This document shows, piece by piece, positions 30,832 through 41,395 of a DNA stretch of 64,000 nucleotides. Below the pieces are notes generated by a model. That model saw nothing but the letters and a program-made list of their open reading frames with translations, was not told the origin of the DNA and ran no database searches. Position numbers and translations under genes: made by a program. The stretch comes from Promethearchaeota archaeon (GTDB taxonomy: Archaea > Asgardarchaeota > Lokiarchaeia > Sigyniarchaeales > SOKP01): assembly GCA_019058445.1 (NCBI GenBank), contig JAHPZA010000010.1, positions 512,001 through 576,000 of the forward strand, given 5' to 3'. Numbering within the stretch: position 1 is the stretch's first letter; each line of letters starts with the position of its first letter.

Positions 30832-31005
30832 TTAAGAAGGACGTTTAGGGAGGGGTGTAAATTGAGGGGTTTTATCCTCCTTTTTAAAGAATTCTTTTTC
30901 ATCTCCTTTTTTACCACATTCTACACATTGATAAATTGGAGGAGGAAAATGACTAATTATCTTGGGTGGTTCTTGGCTCCCACATTCGGGGCATTCATAC
31001 TCCAT
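30832..31005 (-). CDS. 57-aa CPxCG zinc-finger microprotein (copy 1; not in ORF track)
   Basis: MEYECPECGSQEPPKIISHFPPPIYQCVECGKKGDEKEFFKKEDKTPQFTPLPKRPS; AGGAG upstream. Confidence 0.8.
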   Translation of the reverse strand: MEYECPECGSQEPPKIISHFPPPIYQCVECGKKGDEKEFFKKEDKTPQFTPLPKRPS

Positions 31006-31360
31006 TTTTTTTAATCTCCTCTATCTTTTACAAACACATTTAATATTAAACCTTTTTATCCATACCATCTATTTAAACCAAAAAGTGTTTTAAGTAACCT
31101 TGCTTTATCCCATTAACCCTTACTTAATGGTTTTATACTGAAGAAATATGAGTATAAAGTTTTATTTATAGTTTTGTCTTTGTTTTTGAAAAGCATCTTG
31201 ATTTGTCCTTGATTAAGATATATACGTTTTCTAATCAAGTTTTAAAATTGAATATAAAAAATTTCATTTGTGTAAAATTGTTTGTTATACTATAACAAAA
31301 TGTAAAAAAAAAGTGTGTCAATAAAAACTCCAATTAATTTTATACTAGTAAGAGAACTTA

Positions 31361-31939
31361 ATGGTAACTATACGAATGATAACTACAATATCTAACGACC
31401 TAAAATCAGTGTTTCTTGAAGATTATACTTGTGAAAAATTAGGATTAATTTTATCAAAATTAGAAATTCCGCCTTTTTTAGGCTGTTTTGTAGCGGATAA
31501 AAATGGTAAGACATTAATCAAATTCGAGATATTTGAAGGAGCTTTAGATTTCTTTATAAAAAAAGGTTTAAATAATAGAGAGAAGAATAATTGCCTTGAC
31601 ATCGAGCTTATTCCTATGTTTATTAGCGCCCTTGAACGGTTTTCAGCGGAAATAAATATTAAAGACTTAGCTGGCTTCAAATTAGAGGGCAAAAACATCA
31701 AACTTCAAACTTTTTTTGATTTTGAAGATTATTCTGTAATTTTTTTATTGAATCCTGAAGTTGATATCAAATTGGTAGATTCACAGATAAGGACCTACTT
31801 TTCCTTTCTATTCGAAGTATATCATACTGAATTCCAGAATTTTAAGAAAATGAGTTCAGTGGATTATGTTTCGCATTTAGAATTAATCGGAAGGATCTGG
31901 TTAAAAGATTTAAATAAGATTTATTTACAGAATAGCTAA
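31361..31939 (+). CDS. Longin/roadblock-like domain protein (divergent)
   Basis: CFVADKNGKTL, LIPMFISALERFSAEI, followed by beta strands and a C-terminal helix. Confidence 0.55.
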   Translation: MVTIRMITTISNDLKSVFLEDYTCEKLGLILSKLEIPPFLGCFVADKNGKTLIKFEIFEGALDFFIKKGLNNREKNNCLDIELIPMFISALERFSAEINIKDLAGFKLEGKNIKLQTFFDFEDYSVIFLLNPEVDIKLVDSQIRTYFSFLFEVYHTEFQNFKKMSSVDYVSHLELIGRIWLKDLNKIYLQNS

Positions 31940-32078
31940 ATAGAGCTATAGAACAACAAATATTAGCCATTAAATTTCATAACTCTATTTGTTTAGTTTT
32001 TTACTTCTTTTCAAAAAACAAAAATTTAAGATAATTGGTAATTTCTCCTTTTTTAACTCTTGGAAAAAGTGGATATCT

Positions 32079-32978
32079 ATGCCCGAATTTATAAAAGCTT
32101 TATCAGATGAGTTTGAAAACATCTATTATATTGAGGGAGAACGAAAGGGAGGGTATCCTTATTCAAACTCTATGCTAATAGGGGATTATTTAATTGACAC
32201 GGGAATTTCAAGTGGACATATTAGGAAATTAAAAAGACAATTTGAGATTACTAGTGTTATCCTAAGTCACTGGCATGAAGATCATATTGCCGGAAATAGA
32301 TTGCTAAAAAATGCTAAATTTTTATGTCATAGTGAAGATAAACATATTGTTGAAGATGTTGATAAAATTTTTCCTTATTATGGTCTAAAACCAGAAGATC
32401 TACCTGATTTTGTGGAATTACTTGAAGGATTCAGAATGAATAATACAAAAATAGATAGAACAATTGAACATGAAGAAATCATTGAAATAAATGATATGCG
32501 GTTGAAAGTGATTCATACTCCTGGACACACTGCGGGTCATTGTTGCTTTATTGAAGAAAATTCGAGAATTGGTTTCCTAGCAGATATTGATCTGACTAAT
32601 TTTGGTCCTTTTTATGGAGGAATCGATTCGAGTGTGATTGATTTTGAAGAATCAATCGAAAAATTGGAGAAATTGAATATGGAAATTGCCATTTCGGGGC
32701 ATAAAGGACTATTTCAAGGAGTTAAACTTATAAAAGAAAGCTTGAATAGATATAAATCAAAAATCTACGAATATGACGAGCGAATTTTGTCATATCTCTC
32801 CGAAAAGAATCCATTGAACTCGAATGATTTAATAAAAAAGAATATCATTTATAAAAAATATGGACCCTGGAAAGTCTTTGAAATTACCGCTGAAAAAATA
32901 ATGATCGAAAAGCATTTTGAGAAATTCCTTATAAATAAAGTAATTGAAAAGAGAGATAATGGCTATATTTTGAGTTAA
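32079..32978 (+). CDS. MBL-fold metallo-hydrolase
   Basis: LIDTG, SHWHEDH, HTPGHTAGH, LAD, SGH. Confidence 0.9.
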   Translation: MPEFIKALSDEFENIYYIEGERKGGYPYSNSMLIGDYLIDTGISSGHIRKLKRQFEITSVILSHWHEDHIAGNRLLKNAKFLCHSEDKHIVEDVDKIFPYYGLKPEDLPDFVELLEGFRMNNTKIDRTIEHEEIIEINDMRLKVIHTPGHTAGHCCFIEENSRIGFLADIDLTNFGPFYGGIDSSVIDFEESIEKLEKLNMEIAISGHKGLFQGVKLIKESLNRYKSKIYEYDERILSYLSEKNPLNSNDLIKKNIIYKKYGPWKVFEITAEKIMIEKHFEKFLINKVIEKRDNGYILS

Positions 32979-32983
32979 TCCCT

Positions 32984-34156
32984 TTATTTTTTGATGCTAG
33001 TCATCATTTTAGTTACAGCTTCAATGAAACTGTCAGCTGGTTTTACATCACGCACTTTTTTTAAAGCTATAGATTCAGATGGACAATTGGATGCACATAA
33101 TCCACATCCAATGCAAATATCTTCTCTCAATTGTATTTTATCATCAGATTTATCTTCCTTCTCTCCAGTTATATAAGAGATTGCATAAAAAGGACATATT
33201 CTAACACATTTTTTACAATGCTTACATGTCTTCATATTAAAAACTGGCACATAATCAGATTTCTGGAACATACTTGGAAGGTTATATTTCTTTGCAGTAG
33301 ATAGAATACCACAACAACATTCGCAACAATTACATATAAAACCATGCCTGTCTACTGTATTCTGAGAGAGGTGGACTAACCCTTCTTTCTCTGCTTGCCT
33401 TAAAATCTCGAGCGTTTCATCTACATTAATATAATGACCGATTCCTTGTTCAACAGTATATCTTGCAGGTATACCAAAAGTTAAACAATTAGTTACTGTT
33501 CTTTTACATTCTGGATTAGTTTTTAGCATCATCGACATACTACGACAGGTACAGGGTAGTACTGCGATATTATTTTCTAATTTGCCAGCTTCTTTAACAA
33601 TTTTCTCTACATCTTGATAAGTAAAAACTTGAGATTTATCTACTTCTAGTTTTTCTCCAACTTGTATTAATCGTGAGTCAGTACCAGGTTTTAATGTGGG
33701 AATTATTCTAAACACACTGAAATCTGATTTTCTTGATAAAATCCCCGTAAATTCGGGGTCACCATGAAATCGCTCAACAAATTTTCGTCTTTCATCAATA
33801 TTGACATTTGGATTTATAATAAAATACTCAACTAATCCTGGAAACAATGGAGGTATCATATATTTCTTTGTTCCATCCTTTCTGCTGACATAATAAAATA
33901 ACACTCCCCTATGTGCCAATCTTTCAAAAGTCTCCCTTACTAATTCGACCGGTAAATTAGCCTTTTCTGCGTAGTCTTCAATTGTATATCTATCCCTCCC
34001 AATAATTTTGAAGGGCCCTGCCATTAAGACCTTAATATCTTCTGGAGTATACCATATTTTTAAAATATCTATTGAAGACTTGCTTTTAGGCATCATTAAG
34101 ATGTCTCTTAATTTCCTAAAGCCATCCTCGGCTTCTATGTCTGACATATTTCTCAC
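32984..34156 (-). CDS. 4Fe-4S ferredoxin-domain protein with N-terminal HTH-like region
   Basis: CTCR, GLVH, ICNCCECCC, two CxxCxxCxxxCP motifs. Confidence 0.85.
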   Translation of the reverse strand: MRNMSDIEAEDGFRKLRDILMMPKSKSSIDILKIWYTPEDIKVLMAGPFKIIGRDRYTIEDYAEKANLPVELVRETFERLAHRGVLFYYVSRKDGTKKYMIPPLFPGLVEYFIINPNVNIDERRKFVERFHGDPEFTGILSRKSDFSVFRIIPTLKPGTDSRLIQVGEKLEVDKSQVFTYQDVEKIVKEAGKLENNIAVLPCTCRSMSMMLKTNPECKRTVTNCLTFGIPARYTVEQGIGHYINVDETLEILRQAEKEGLVHLSQNTVDRHGFICNCCECCCGILSTAKKYNLPSMFQKSDYVPVFNMKTCKHCKKCVRICPFYAISYITGEKEDKSDDKIQLREDICIGCGLCASNCPSESIALKKVRDVKPADSFIEAVTKMMTSIKK

Positions 34157-34505
34157 AAAAAAAAATATAATTTACTTTGAAATAAGATAACTTTATATAT
34201 TAAACTAGAGATTAAGATGGAATTAATTAATTACCTAAAAGATTATCATTCAAGAATTTATTATAGTTTTTATTGCTTTTTCAATAATATTAGAATTTCC
34301 TCATAAAGGAGTGTGATAAAACAATGAATGAAAATTTTTTACATATTTAATTTTAACTTAAATCTTAAACTAGTGTGATGATTTGAAATAAGAGATAGAT
34401 AACTGTGATAAAAGTGAAAATATTATCATACTAAATTGAAAGCATAATTAAGAATAAGAAAAATAAAAAAAAAATGAGTATTGGTTAAGTATATTATATT
34501 TTTTT

Positions 34506-35972
34506 TTATTCTGACTTTTCATGTGCCATTCTTTCAAGCTTACTTGGAGGTTTCGTATCGAAAGTTATTTGTTCTGGCCAACCACTAACAACTTTATCTA
34601 AATCAATGCCTCGTCTCTTTAGTACCGCCTTCCTAATCAAATAAACGATGACTCCTATACCTGCATAGGGAAAAACTATTAAAATTATAATGAGTCCTGC
34701 ATCAGGATCAGTAACTAGCAATAAAACAAACGCTATAGAAGAAACCACACCTAATATACTCATGATTTTAATACTCCTTATGGAAGGTTTAAAACCTGAT
34801 TTTTCATGTAATTCTGGAAACTTTTTGTGTAGTCGAATAGCAGCAATACATAATGGAACCTGTAAAATAAGAACCACGACACCAGTAACGGCACTTAATA
34901 ATACTGCAGTTGTTGCGATCCCGAATTGAGGACCAAACAGCGGTATAAAGGTTACTAAGAAAATTATACCCACGATGAGAAGGAGTATCAAGCCAGGGAT
35001 TGGCGTTCTATATTTTGGGTGGAGTTCGGCAAATTTTTTGGGAAATACCTCATCTCTTCCAGCCATTAAGAAATCCCTCGAAAAAGCTAAGTATAAAGGA
35101 TGTAGAGTTGATGCGATCGCGAGAGCAATGAGTATAGTGATTATCACCAAAAAACCAGCAGGAAGAATGCGTTCAGTAAGTATAATTTCTGTTACTGTTC
35201 CTACCGGTTTATTATATGGATGGATTCCTGCAACCATCAATGCTTGTAGTGTATATAATATAACAAGAAGAGGTATACTTATCAAGAGAGCTCGTGGAAT
35301 ATTTTTTTGAGGATTTTTCACTTCACCAGCAACATCGAGTATTAAAGTAAAACCGGTATATGAAAAGAAAAAGATAAGTGCTGCGAATAATACAGGTGAG
35401 ATTCCAAGAGGGAACATAGGTTCAAAATTTCCAGAATTAAAATGAGGGGCTGCTACTACAATAAATATTATCATAACTAAAATGTCTCCGACGATTGTAA
35501 TAATCATTTCTACTAATCCAGATATTTCTACATGTAATATATTTAAAAGGAAAAATGCTATCAATACCGCAATACCGACTCCTACCACAAACCCTAATCT
35601 ACTCTCCTCTGGGATCATAAAAATTTCTGCTATAAATAGCGCAAAAGTAGCAGCTAAAAAGGCTAAAGCCGCACAAACAGCTAATATAATCATCCATACA
35701 ACCATAAAACCGGTAAACTTCCCCATTAATCTACTACTTACCATGTACGATCCTCCTCCAACAGGAATAGCCGAACCTATATATGCACAGCAATAAGCTA
35801 CGAAAATCCCAGGAATTACGGCTAACAAATAAGCAATATATATCGCAGGTCCTGTTCTTGATAAAATAGCTGCGGGTGCTATCCATATAGACGATCCGAT
35901 AACCATACCTACGATAATAAAGATTGCCATCGGTAGCGTAAGACCACGCTTTAATTCTTTATCTTCAGCCAT
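34506..35972 (-). CDS. APC family amino acid permease
   Basis: LKRGL, GMVIGSSIW, P.GGGSY, FFSYTGF..AGEVKNP.KNIPRA, about 12 TM. Confidence 0.92.
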   Translation of the reverse strand: MAEDKELKRGLTLPMAIFIIVGMVIGSSIWIAPAAILSRTGPAIYIAYLLAVIPGIFVAYCCAYIGSAIPVGGGSYMVSSRLMGKFTGFMVVWMIILAVCAALAFLAATFALFIAEIFMIPEESRLGFVVGVGIAVLIAFFLLNILHVEISGLVEMIITIVGDILVMIIFIVVAAPHFNSGNFEPMFPLGISPVLFAALIFFFSYTGFTLILDVAGEVKNPQKNIPRALLISIPLLVILYTLQALMVAGIHPYNKPVGTVTEIILTERILPAGFLVIITILIALAIASTLHPLYLAFSRDFLMAGRDEVFPKKFAELHPKYRTPIPGLILLLIVGIIFLVTFIPLFGPQFGIATTAVLLSAVTGVVVLILQVPLCIAAIRLHKKFPELHEKSGFKPSIRSIKIMSILGVVSSIAFVLLLVTDPDAGLIIILIVFPYAGIGVIVYLIRKAVLKRRGIDLDKVVSGWPEQITFDTKPPSKLERMAHEKSE

Positions 35973-36120
35973 AAATTTTCATCTTTTTTACAAATTTTTA
36001 AAGTTTTACTTTTTATTTTTTTTATTTACAAAAGGTATTAATTTTAAATTTAGCCTAATAATTATTTAAATGTTTGAATTTGCAATCATAAGTTAACCTA
36101 ACAAATTTAGCAGATATCAT

Positions 36121-36999
36121 ATGAAAATCGGAACTAAGTATGTAAATACTCCATTGAAAGATTATTCTGTTAAAATACATTGGAGGAATACCATGAATTA
36201 TGCAGCTTCTTTAAATGATAACAATCTAATTTATTTTGATGACGAAAGGAAAGATGGAATCGTCGCTCCACCAATGTACGCAGTTGCAATAACTTGGCCT
36301 GTAATAGAGAACATCCGTGATTTCATGATTGGGAATAAATTCTCAAATAGGATTATGGCTACTATGGTTCATTATAGTGAACATCTCACCTTCCATCGGC
36401 TTATCAAATCAGGTGATGAATTAACAATAAAAGGAAAAATCGCTGCTATCTTGCCACATCGTGCAGGGACACATGTTATTATACGATTGGATGCGTTAGA
36501 CCAGAATGAATCCCCAGTATTTACAGAACATATCGGGGGTATGCTTCGAGGTGTTGAATGTTTAGGTGAGGCAATGGGAGAGGAAAGTCTTCCAAAAACA
36601 CCTCAAGAAAAGGATAATTCAAGTACCCTATGGAAGGAAACTGTAGATATTGATAAACTCCAGACTTTTATCTACGATGGTTGTACAAATATATATTTTC
36701 CAATACATACTTCAAAAAAATTTGCTCATATGGTAGGGCTACCTAACATCATTTTACAAGGTACGGCTACTCTTGCATATGCTGTTAAGGTAATTACAAA
36801 TAAAGAAGCGAAAAGAAATCCATATCATATCAAAGAAATAGCGTGCAATTTTGGAGCTATGATTTTGCCAGGAACAGATATCGAAATCCACTTAAAAAGC
36901 AGAAACAAATTAAAGGGTGATATGAATTTATTTTTTGAGGTTTATAATAATGAGCAGAAAAAGGCAATTCGAAGTGGATATATAAAAATTAAAGAATAA
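36121..36999 (+). CDS. Double hot-dog MaoC-like (R)-hydratase/dehydratase
   Basis: MVH.SE...FHR, FPIHT...FA..VGLP.IILQG. Confidence 0.8.
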   Translation: MKIGTKYVNTPLKDYSVKIHWRNTMNYAASLNDNNLIYFDDERKDGIVAPPMYAVAITWPVIENIRDFMIGNKFSNRIMATMVHYSEHLTFHRLIKSGDELTIKGKIAAILPHRAGTHVIIRLDALDQNESPVFTEHIGGMLRGVECLGEAMGEESLPKTPQEKDNSSTLWKETVDIDKLQTFIYDGCTNIYFPIHTSKKFAHMVGLPNIILQGTATLAYAVKVITNKEAKRNPYHIKEIACNFGAMILPGTDIEIHLKSRNKLKGDMNLFFEVYNNEQKKAIRSGYIKIKE

Positions 37000-37084
37000 T
37001 ATATCAATTAATTAAGTGATTTTTTTCGAAATAATAAAAAATTATTTTATATTTAAATTTTAAAAGCAGGTGATAAAGAGAGAA

Positions 37085-38713
37085 ATGAAATTACCAAAAT
37101 TCAAACTTTTCTGGAAATATCCAGAATATTGGGCAGAAAAAAAACCAGAATTTCCAATTGTAAGATTCAAGAAAAAAGTTATTACAACAAAAGAATTAAA
37201 CAAGATTTCGAATAAGCTAGCTATGGCCTTTTTAGATATGGGAGTAAAAAAAGGGGACACAGTTGTTACCGTTCTTCCGACAATTCCGGAGTATATAATT
37301 ACGTTTATAGCTGCAAGTAAAATAGGCGCAATAACAATCCCCATGGACAAAGAGTATAAGAAAGCAGATTTTAAACTTTTAATTCCACATTCTAATCCAA
37401 AAGTTATAGTTACAATTGATAAGTGGCAAAAGAACAAAATAGCTGATAATTTAATGGAATTAAGTACCGAATTTGGAGATATTCAATATGTAATGGTTGG
37501 AAAACATGCTTTAGGTACTCCATTTGAAGATATAATAGCAAAGGAATATATTCTTGATGAAAAATTAAAAATTGCTAAAGAAAATCAAAGTCCAGAGGAT
37601 TGCACTCTAGTAGTATGGACAGGAGGAACTACAGGATTTCCTAAAGCAGTTGAATTATCTCATACAAATATTATTGAGATGTGTCATATTGAATATAATA
37701 CGCTAATGGATTTTTTCATCAGTAAAGGTTACATGAAAGAAGATGAACACCCCGTATGGTTGATTAATCTACCTTTTAGCCATGTTGGTGGAGCTGTTGA
37801 ATTACTTGGAACGGGCATTATAGGTGGAGCAGAAAATATTCTTCAAGCATCCTGGTCTCCTTGGGATTCATTAAAAGCAATGCAAAAATATAATATTAAA
37901 GTTTTTGGAGGTGTCCCTACCATGTTCAAGATTTATCTTTCTTTGCCTGATCTCGATACTTATGAGCCAAAGAAATATTTAAAGATAGTACTTCTCTCGG
38001 GAGAAAAAGTTCCATTAGATCTATTGAAAGGCATTCATAAACGTCTCTGTGAAAATATCATTATTGGATATGGAAGCACCGAAGCCGGAGCAGAAGCAAC
38101 TTTTACAGAACCAGGAGATGACTTCGAAAAAATTGCAAAAGGTTATGTAGGAAAAGCACTTCCGGGGATGGAAATTAAAATTATAGATGAGGAAGGAAAA
38201 GAGCTTTCTCCCGGAGAAATAGGTGAAGTCCTGACTAATGGCCCCTTAGCTAGCAAATCATATTACAAAATGCCCGAGGAAGATAAAGCAGGATTTACTT
38301 CTGATGGTTATTGTAAAACTGGAGACTTAGGATACCTAGATGAGGAGGGAGGATTATATATTACGGGAAGAATTAAAGAGATTATGCGTGTGGGAGCCTA
38401 TACGGTTCTTCCTGCAGAAATAGAGGATCTTGTTATTTCACACCCCAAAGTGGCAATTGTAGCCGCATTGGGAGCTCCTGATGAAATACACGGAGAAGTT
38501 GTGTGGCTTGTGATAGGACCAGAGCTTGGACAAAATTTTGATGAAAATGATAAAGCAGAAATTATGAAGATATGCGAAGATAATTTAGCTAAATATAAAG
38601 TTCCAAAAAAATTAATAATTTATCCTCTCGATCCCAATGATCTTCCGATTACGAGAATTGGAAAAGTTGATCGTGTAAGGTTGAAAAAGGAACTATTACC
38701 TCCTCCTAAATAA
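37085..38713 (+). CDS. Acyl-CoA synthetase (class I adenylate-forming)
   Basis: WTGGTTGFPKAV, GYGSTE, KTGDLG, GRIKE, P.TRIGK. Confidence 0.92.
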   Translation: MKLPKFKLFWKYPEYWAEKKPEFPIVRFKKKVITTKELNKISNKLAMAFLDMGVKKGDTVVTVLPTIPEYIITFIAASKIGAITIPMDKEYKKADFKLLIPHSNPKVIVTIDKWQKNKIADNLMELSTEFGDIQYVMVGKHALGTPFEDIIAKEYILDEKLKIAKENQSPEDCTLVVWTGGTTGFPKAVELSHTNIIEMCHIEYNTLMDFFISKGYMKEDEHPVWLINLPFSHVGGAVELLGTGIIGGAENILQASWSPWDSLKAMQKYNIKVFGGVPTMFKIYLSLPDLDTYEPKKYLKIVLLSGEKVPLDLLKGIHKRLCENIIIGYGSTEAGAEATFTEPGDDFEKIAKGYVGKALPGMEIKIIDEEGKELSPGEIGEVLTNGPLASKSYYKMPEEDKAGFTSDGYCKTGDLGYLDEEGGLYITGRIKEIMRVGAYTVLPAEIEDLVISHPKVAIVAALGAPDEIHGEVVWLVIGPELGQNFDENDKAEIMKICEDNLAKYKVPKKLIIYPLDPNDLPITRIGKVDRVRLKKELLPPPK

Positions 38714-38746
38714 CCTTAATCCCTATTTTTTTTAACAATTTATATT

Positions 38747-39727
38747 CTAATTTTTAGGCAATTTCTTTCTTAAAAGCTTAAAAAACTCTGAAAGGTCAAT
38801 ATTCCCTCCGCTAATTATAACACCTATCTTTGCACCTTTAGTCCATGACGAAATTTCTTCATTATACAGCAATCCTGCCAGAGAAACTGCACCTGAAGGT
38901 TCGACTACTAATTTCATTCTTTCCCAGTAAAATTGCATTGCGTCAACGATTTGTTCTTCAGTAACAGTAATAATTTTATCAACCTTTTCTAAGATCACTT
39001 TAAAGGTATTTTTTCCTAATGATGTACGAAGCCCATCTGCAATAGTATTAGGATTTACAGAGGGATATAATTTTTTATCATAAAACGATCTGAAAGCATC
39101 GTCGGCATTTTTCGGCTCAACAGCAATTACTTTAATATCAGGACACAATCCTTTAGAGGCAATCGAGCTGCCGCTCAATAATCCGCCACCACCTACTGGT
39201 ACAAACAACAAATCTAATTGTCCAACTTCTTCAATTAATTCATAAGCGGCAGTACCTGCTCCTAAAAAGACATTTTTATTATCGTGAGGGTGCACTAATG
39301 TATATCCCTTTTCTTGTACTAAATCATCTGCAAGTTTTTCGCGATCGCTTGGATCATTGCCGCTTATCACGATTTCAGCCCCATAATGGCTTGTTGCTTC
39401 TTTTTTCACTTGTGGCGCATTTTCAGGCATGACGATTACTGATTTCACTCCTAATGATGTGGCTGCCAATGCCACGGCTTGAGCATGATTGCCTGATGAA
39501 TGTGCTATTACTCCCTTTTCTTTTTCCTGCTCGGATAAGCAATTCAAAGCATTATATGCCCCCCTAAACTTAAAAGAACCTGTACGTTGGAAATTCTCAC
39601 ATTTTATATAAACTTTAGCATCGCCTACCAAGGAATTAAGAGTGCGACTTGTCATAACGGGAGTTTTATTAGCACCCTTTTTTACTCTTTCATATACTTC
39701 TTTATATTGTTCGAAAATTTTTACCAA
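38747..39727 (-). CDS. PLP-dependent Ser/Thr dehydratase / serine racemase family enzyme
   Basis: KCENFQRTGSFKFRGA, SSGNHAQ, PVGGGGL, TIADG, EPSGA, SGGN; no ACT domain. Confidence 0.92.
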   Translation of the reverse strand: MVKIFEQYKEVYERVKKGANKTPVMTSRTLNSLVGDAKVYIKCENFQRTGSFKFRGAYNALNCLSEQEKEKGVIAHSSGNHAQAVALAATSLGVKSVIVMPENAPQVKKEATSHYGAEIVISGNDPSDREKLADDLVQEKGYTLVHPHDNKNVFLGAGTAAYELIEEVGQLDLLFVPVGGGGLLSGSSIASKGLCPDIKVIAVEPKNADDAFRSFYDKKLYPSVNPNTIADGLRTSLGKNTFKVILEKVDKIITVTEEQIVDAMQFYWERMKLVVEPSGAVSLAGLLYNEEISSWTKGAKIGVIISGGNIDLSEFFKLLRKKLPKN

Positions 39728-39896
39728 CCTTTAAGAAATAATAAGATAACCAATATTAATGTTAAATTTATAAATTGTGTAATCTCAAAAAGGATTTTGA
39801 AATGAATCTAACGAAATCAATTTGGTTTTATAAGGAAAAAACGTTTTTCAACATATTAAAATATTAAAAAATGTAAAACTATTGGAGGTAAACACA

Positions 39897-40664
39897 TTGG
39901 AAAATGTTGTAATATATGAAAAAAAAGGCAACATAGGGAAAATCACACTTAATAAGCCAGATCAGCGAAATTCTTTAGATTTAATCACAGTTCAAAAATT
40001 GATTGAAGCATTTAAGTAAAGCGCTCAAAATGAAGATATATGTGTAATTTTCACAGCTGAAGGGAAACATTTCACTGTAGGTGATGATCTTAAATACACC
40101 TATGAGTTACTCAATGATGTCGAAAAATTACCTGAAGCTATGGTATTTATTGGGTGCTTTCAGGAGTTAACCAGAGTAATGTTAGCTCATCCGGGAGTAA
40201 TAATTGCAGGGCTCCATGGTTGGGTGATTGGAGGGGGTTTGGAAATGCTCTTATCTTGTGATTTAAGGATTGCTGCTACCGATACAAGAATCATGCTACC
40301 CGAGTTAAAAGTCGGACTCTTTTTTTCAAATGGTTCCACAAAATTATTACAAATCATAGTAGGGCAAGGACGTGCGAAAGAACTTATGTTTTTAGGGAAA
40401 GAAATTAACGCAGAACAAGCTTTCAATATTGGATTAGTCGCTGAAATTTGTAAACCAGAAGGATTAAATAGAATCCTTAAGAGAATAGCTAACACTATTT
40501 TACAGAATTCTCATATCGGGGTTCGTATAGCCAAAAAACTGTTAAATGAAAATCTTGATAAAGATATGGAGGGTGTTCTGGATAGCGAAATGCTTGCGTT
40601 AATGGAGACGGGGCAATCTAAAGAAGGGAAGCGAAGAATAGGACAGTTTTTGAAAAATCACTAA
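39897..40664 (+). pseudogene. Enoyl-CoA hydratase/isomerase paralog interrupted by in-frame TAA (40017-40019)
   Basis: GGAGGT then TTG at 39897; same-frame translation is collinear with 41396-42163; TAA where the paralog has GAA. Confidence 0.85.
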
Positions 40665-40797
40665 GCAGAAGGAAAATTCACTTCAAGACTTAAACATTTT
40701 TTAATTTTTCTTTTTTTAAATATTCAAAACCTCCTAGAAGCTTTTCCAATGTAAATTTTAATATAATTTTAAATAGCGTTATATTTATGAGGTTATT

Positions 40798-41253
40798 ATG
40801 AGACAAGATAAGAGTAAGGAAAGTTTGTTACAATACATCAATATTCTCGTGGACTCTTTTGATGTTAGTTTATCAGATATTTATAATAAATTCTTTCATG
40901 ACTTCAATGATGGTATAGAGATGGATGATGGGCTAACTTTAATAGGTATTAAAGGTCATTTAAAAAGCCATCAAGAGGGAGATATGGTAGTATCTAACAT
41001 GTAGTTTGAGTATTCTATTTTAAAGGAGCCATATTCGGAGCGGGAAGAAGCTCATGAAGTCCAATGGCATTCTATATTAGATAAAGATTTGAGTCATCAA
41101 TGTTCTATTAGACAGTTAGAGAGAAATTTCGATGTTATCAAAAAAAGAATCAATAATTTTTATTTATTTACCCCTAATCTTATATCTCAATTTGCCAATA
41201 TAGAAGTTGATGTTAAAATTGGTTCAAAAGTATTTCATCGATCAATAGAATAA
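40798..41253 (+). pseudogene. 151-codon hypothetical frame interrupted by one in-frame TAG (41002-41004)
   Basis: GAGGT + ATG; frame stays open 82 codons after the TAG until TAA at 41251-41253. Confidence 0.55.
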
Positions 41254-41395
41254 CCAATATATATATTTAAAAGGCTTATAGAAATTTTGTCTATATTTTT
41301 CTAAATAAAACACTTATAAAAAGAAAATCCTTATTCTGAAATATACTAAACAATAAAAACAATATGATCAATATATAGGAGTGATAGATAAAATT

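Noticed and set aside
30775-31014. 79-aa plus-strand ORF (also 30207-30392)
   Set aside because: Antisense shadows of the zinc-finger microproteins
34300-34430. Repeated TGTGAT words in an intergenic region
   Set aside because: Short and irregularly spaced; not a CRISPR array or convincing operator set
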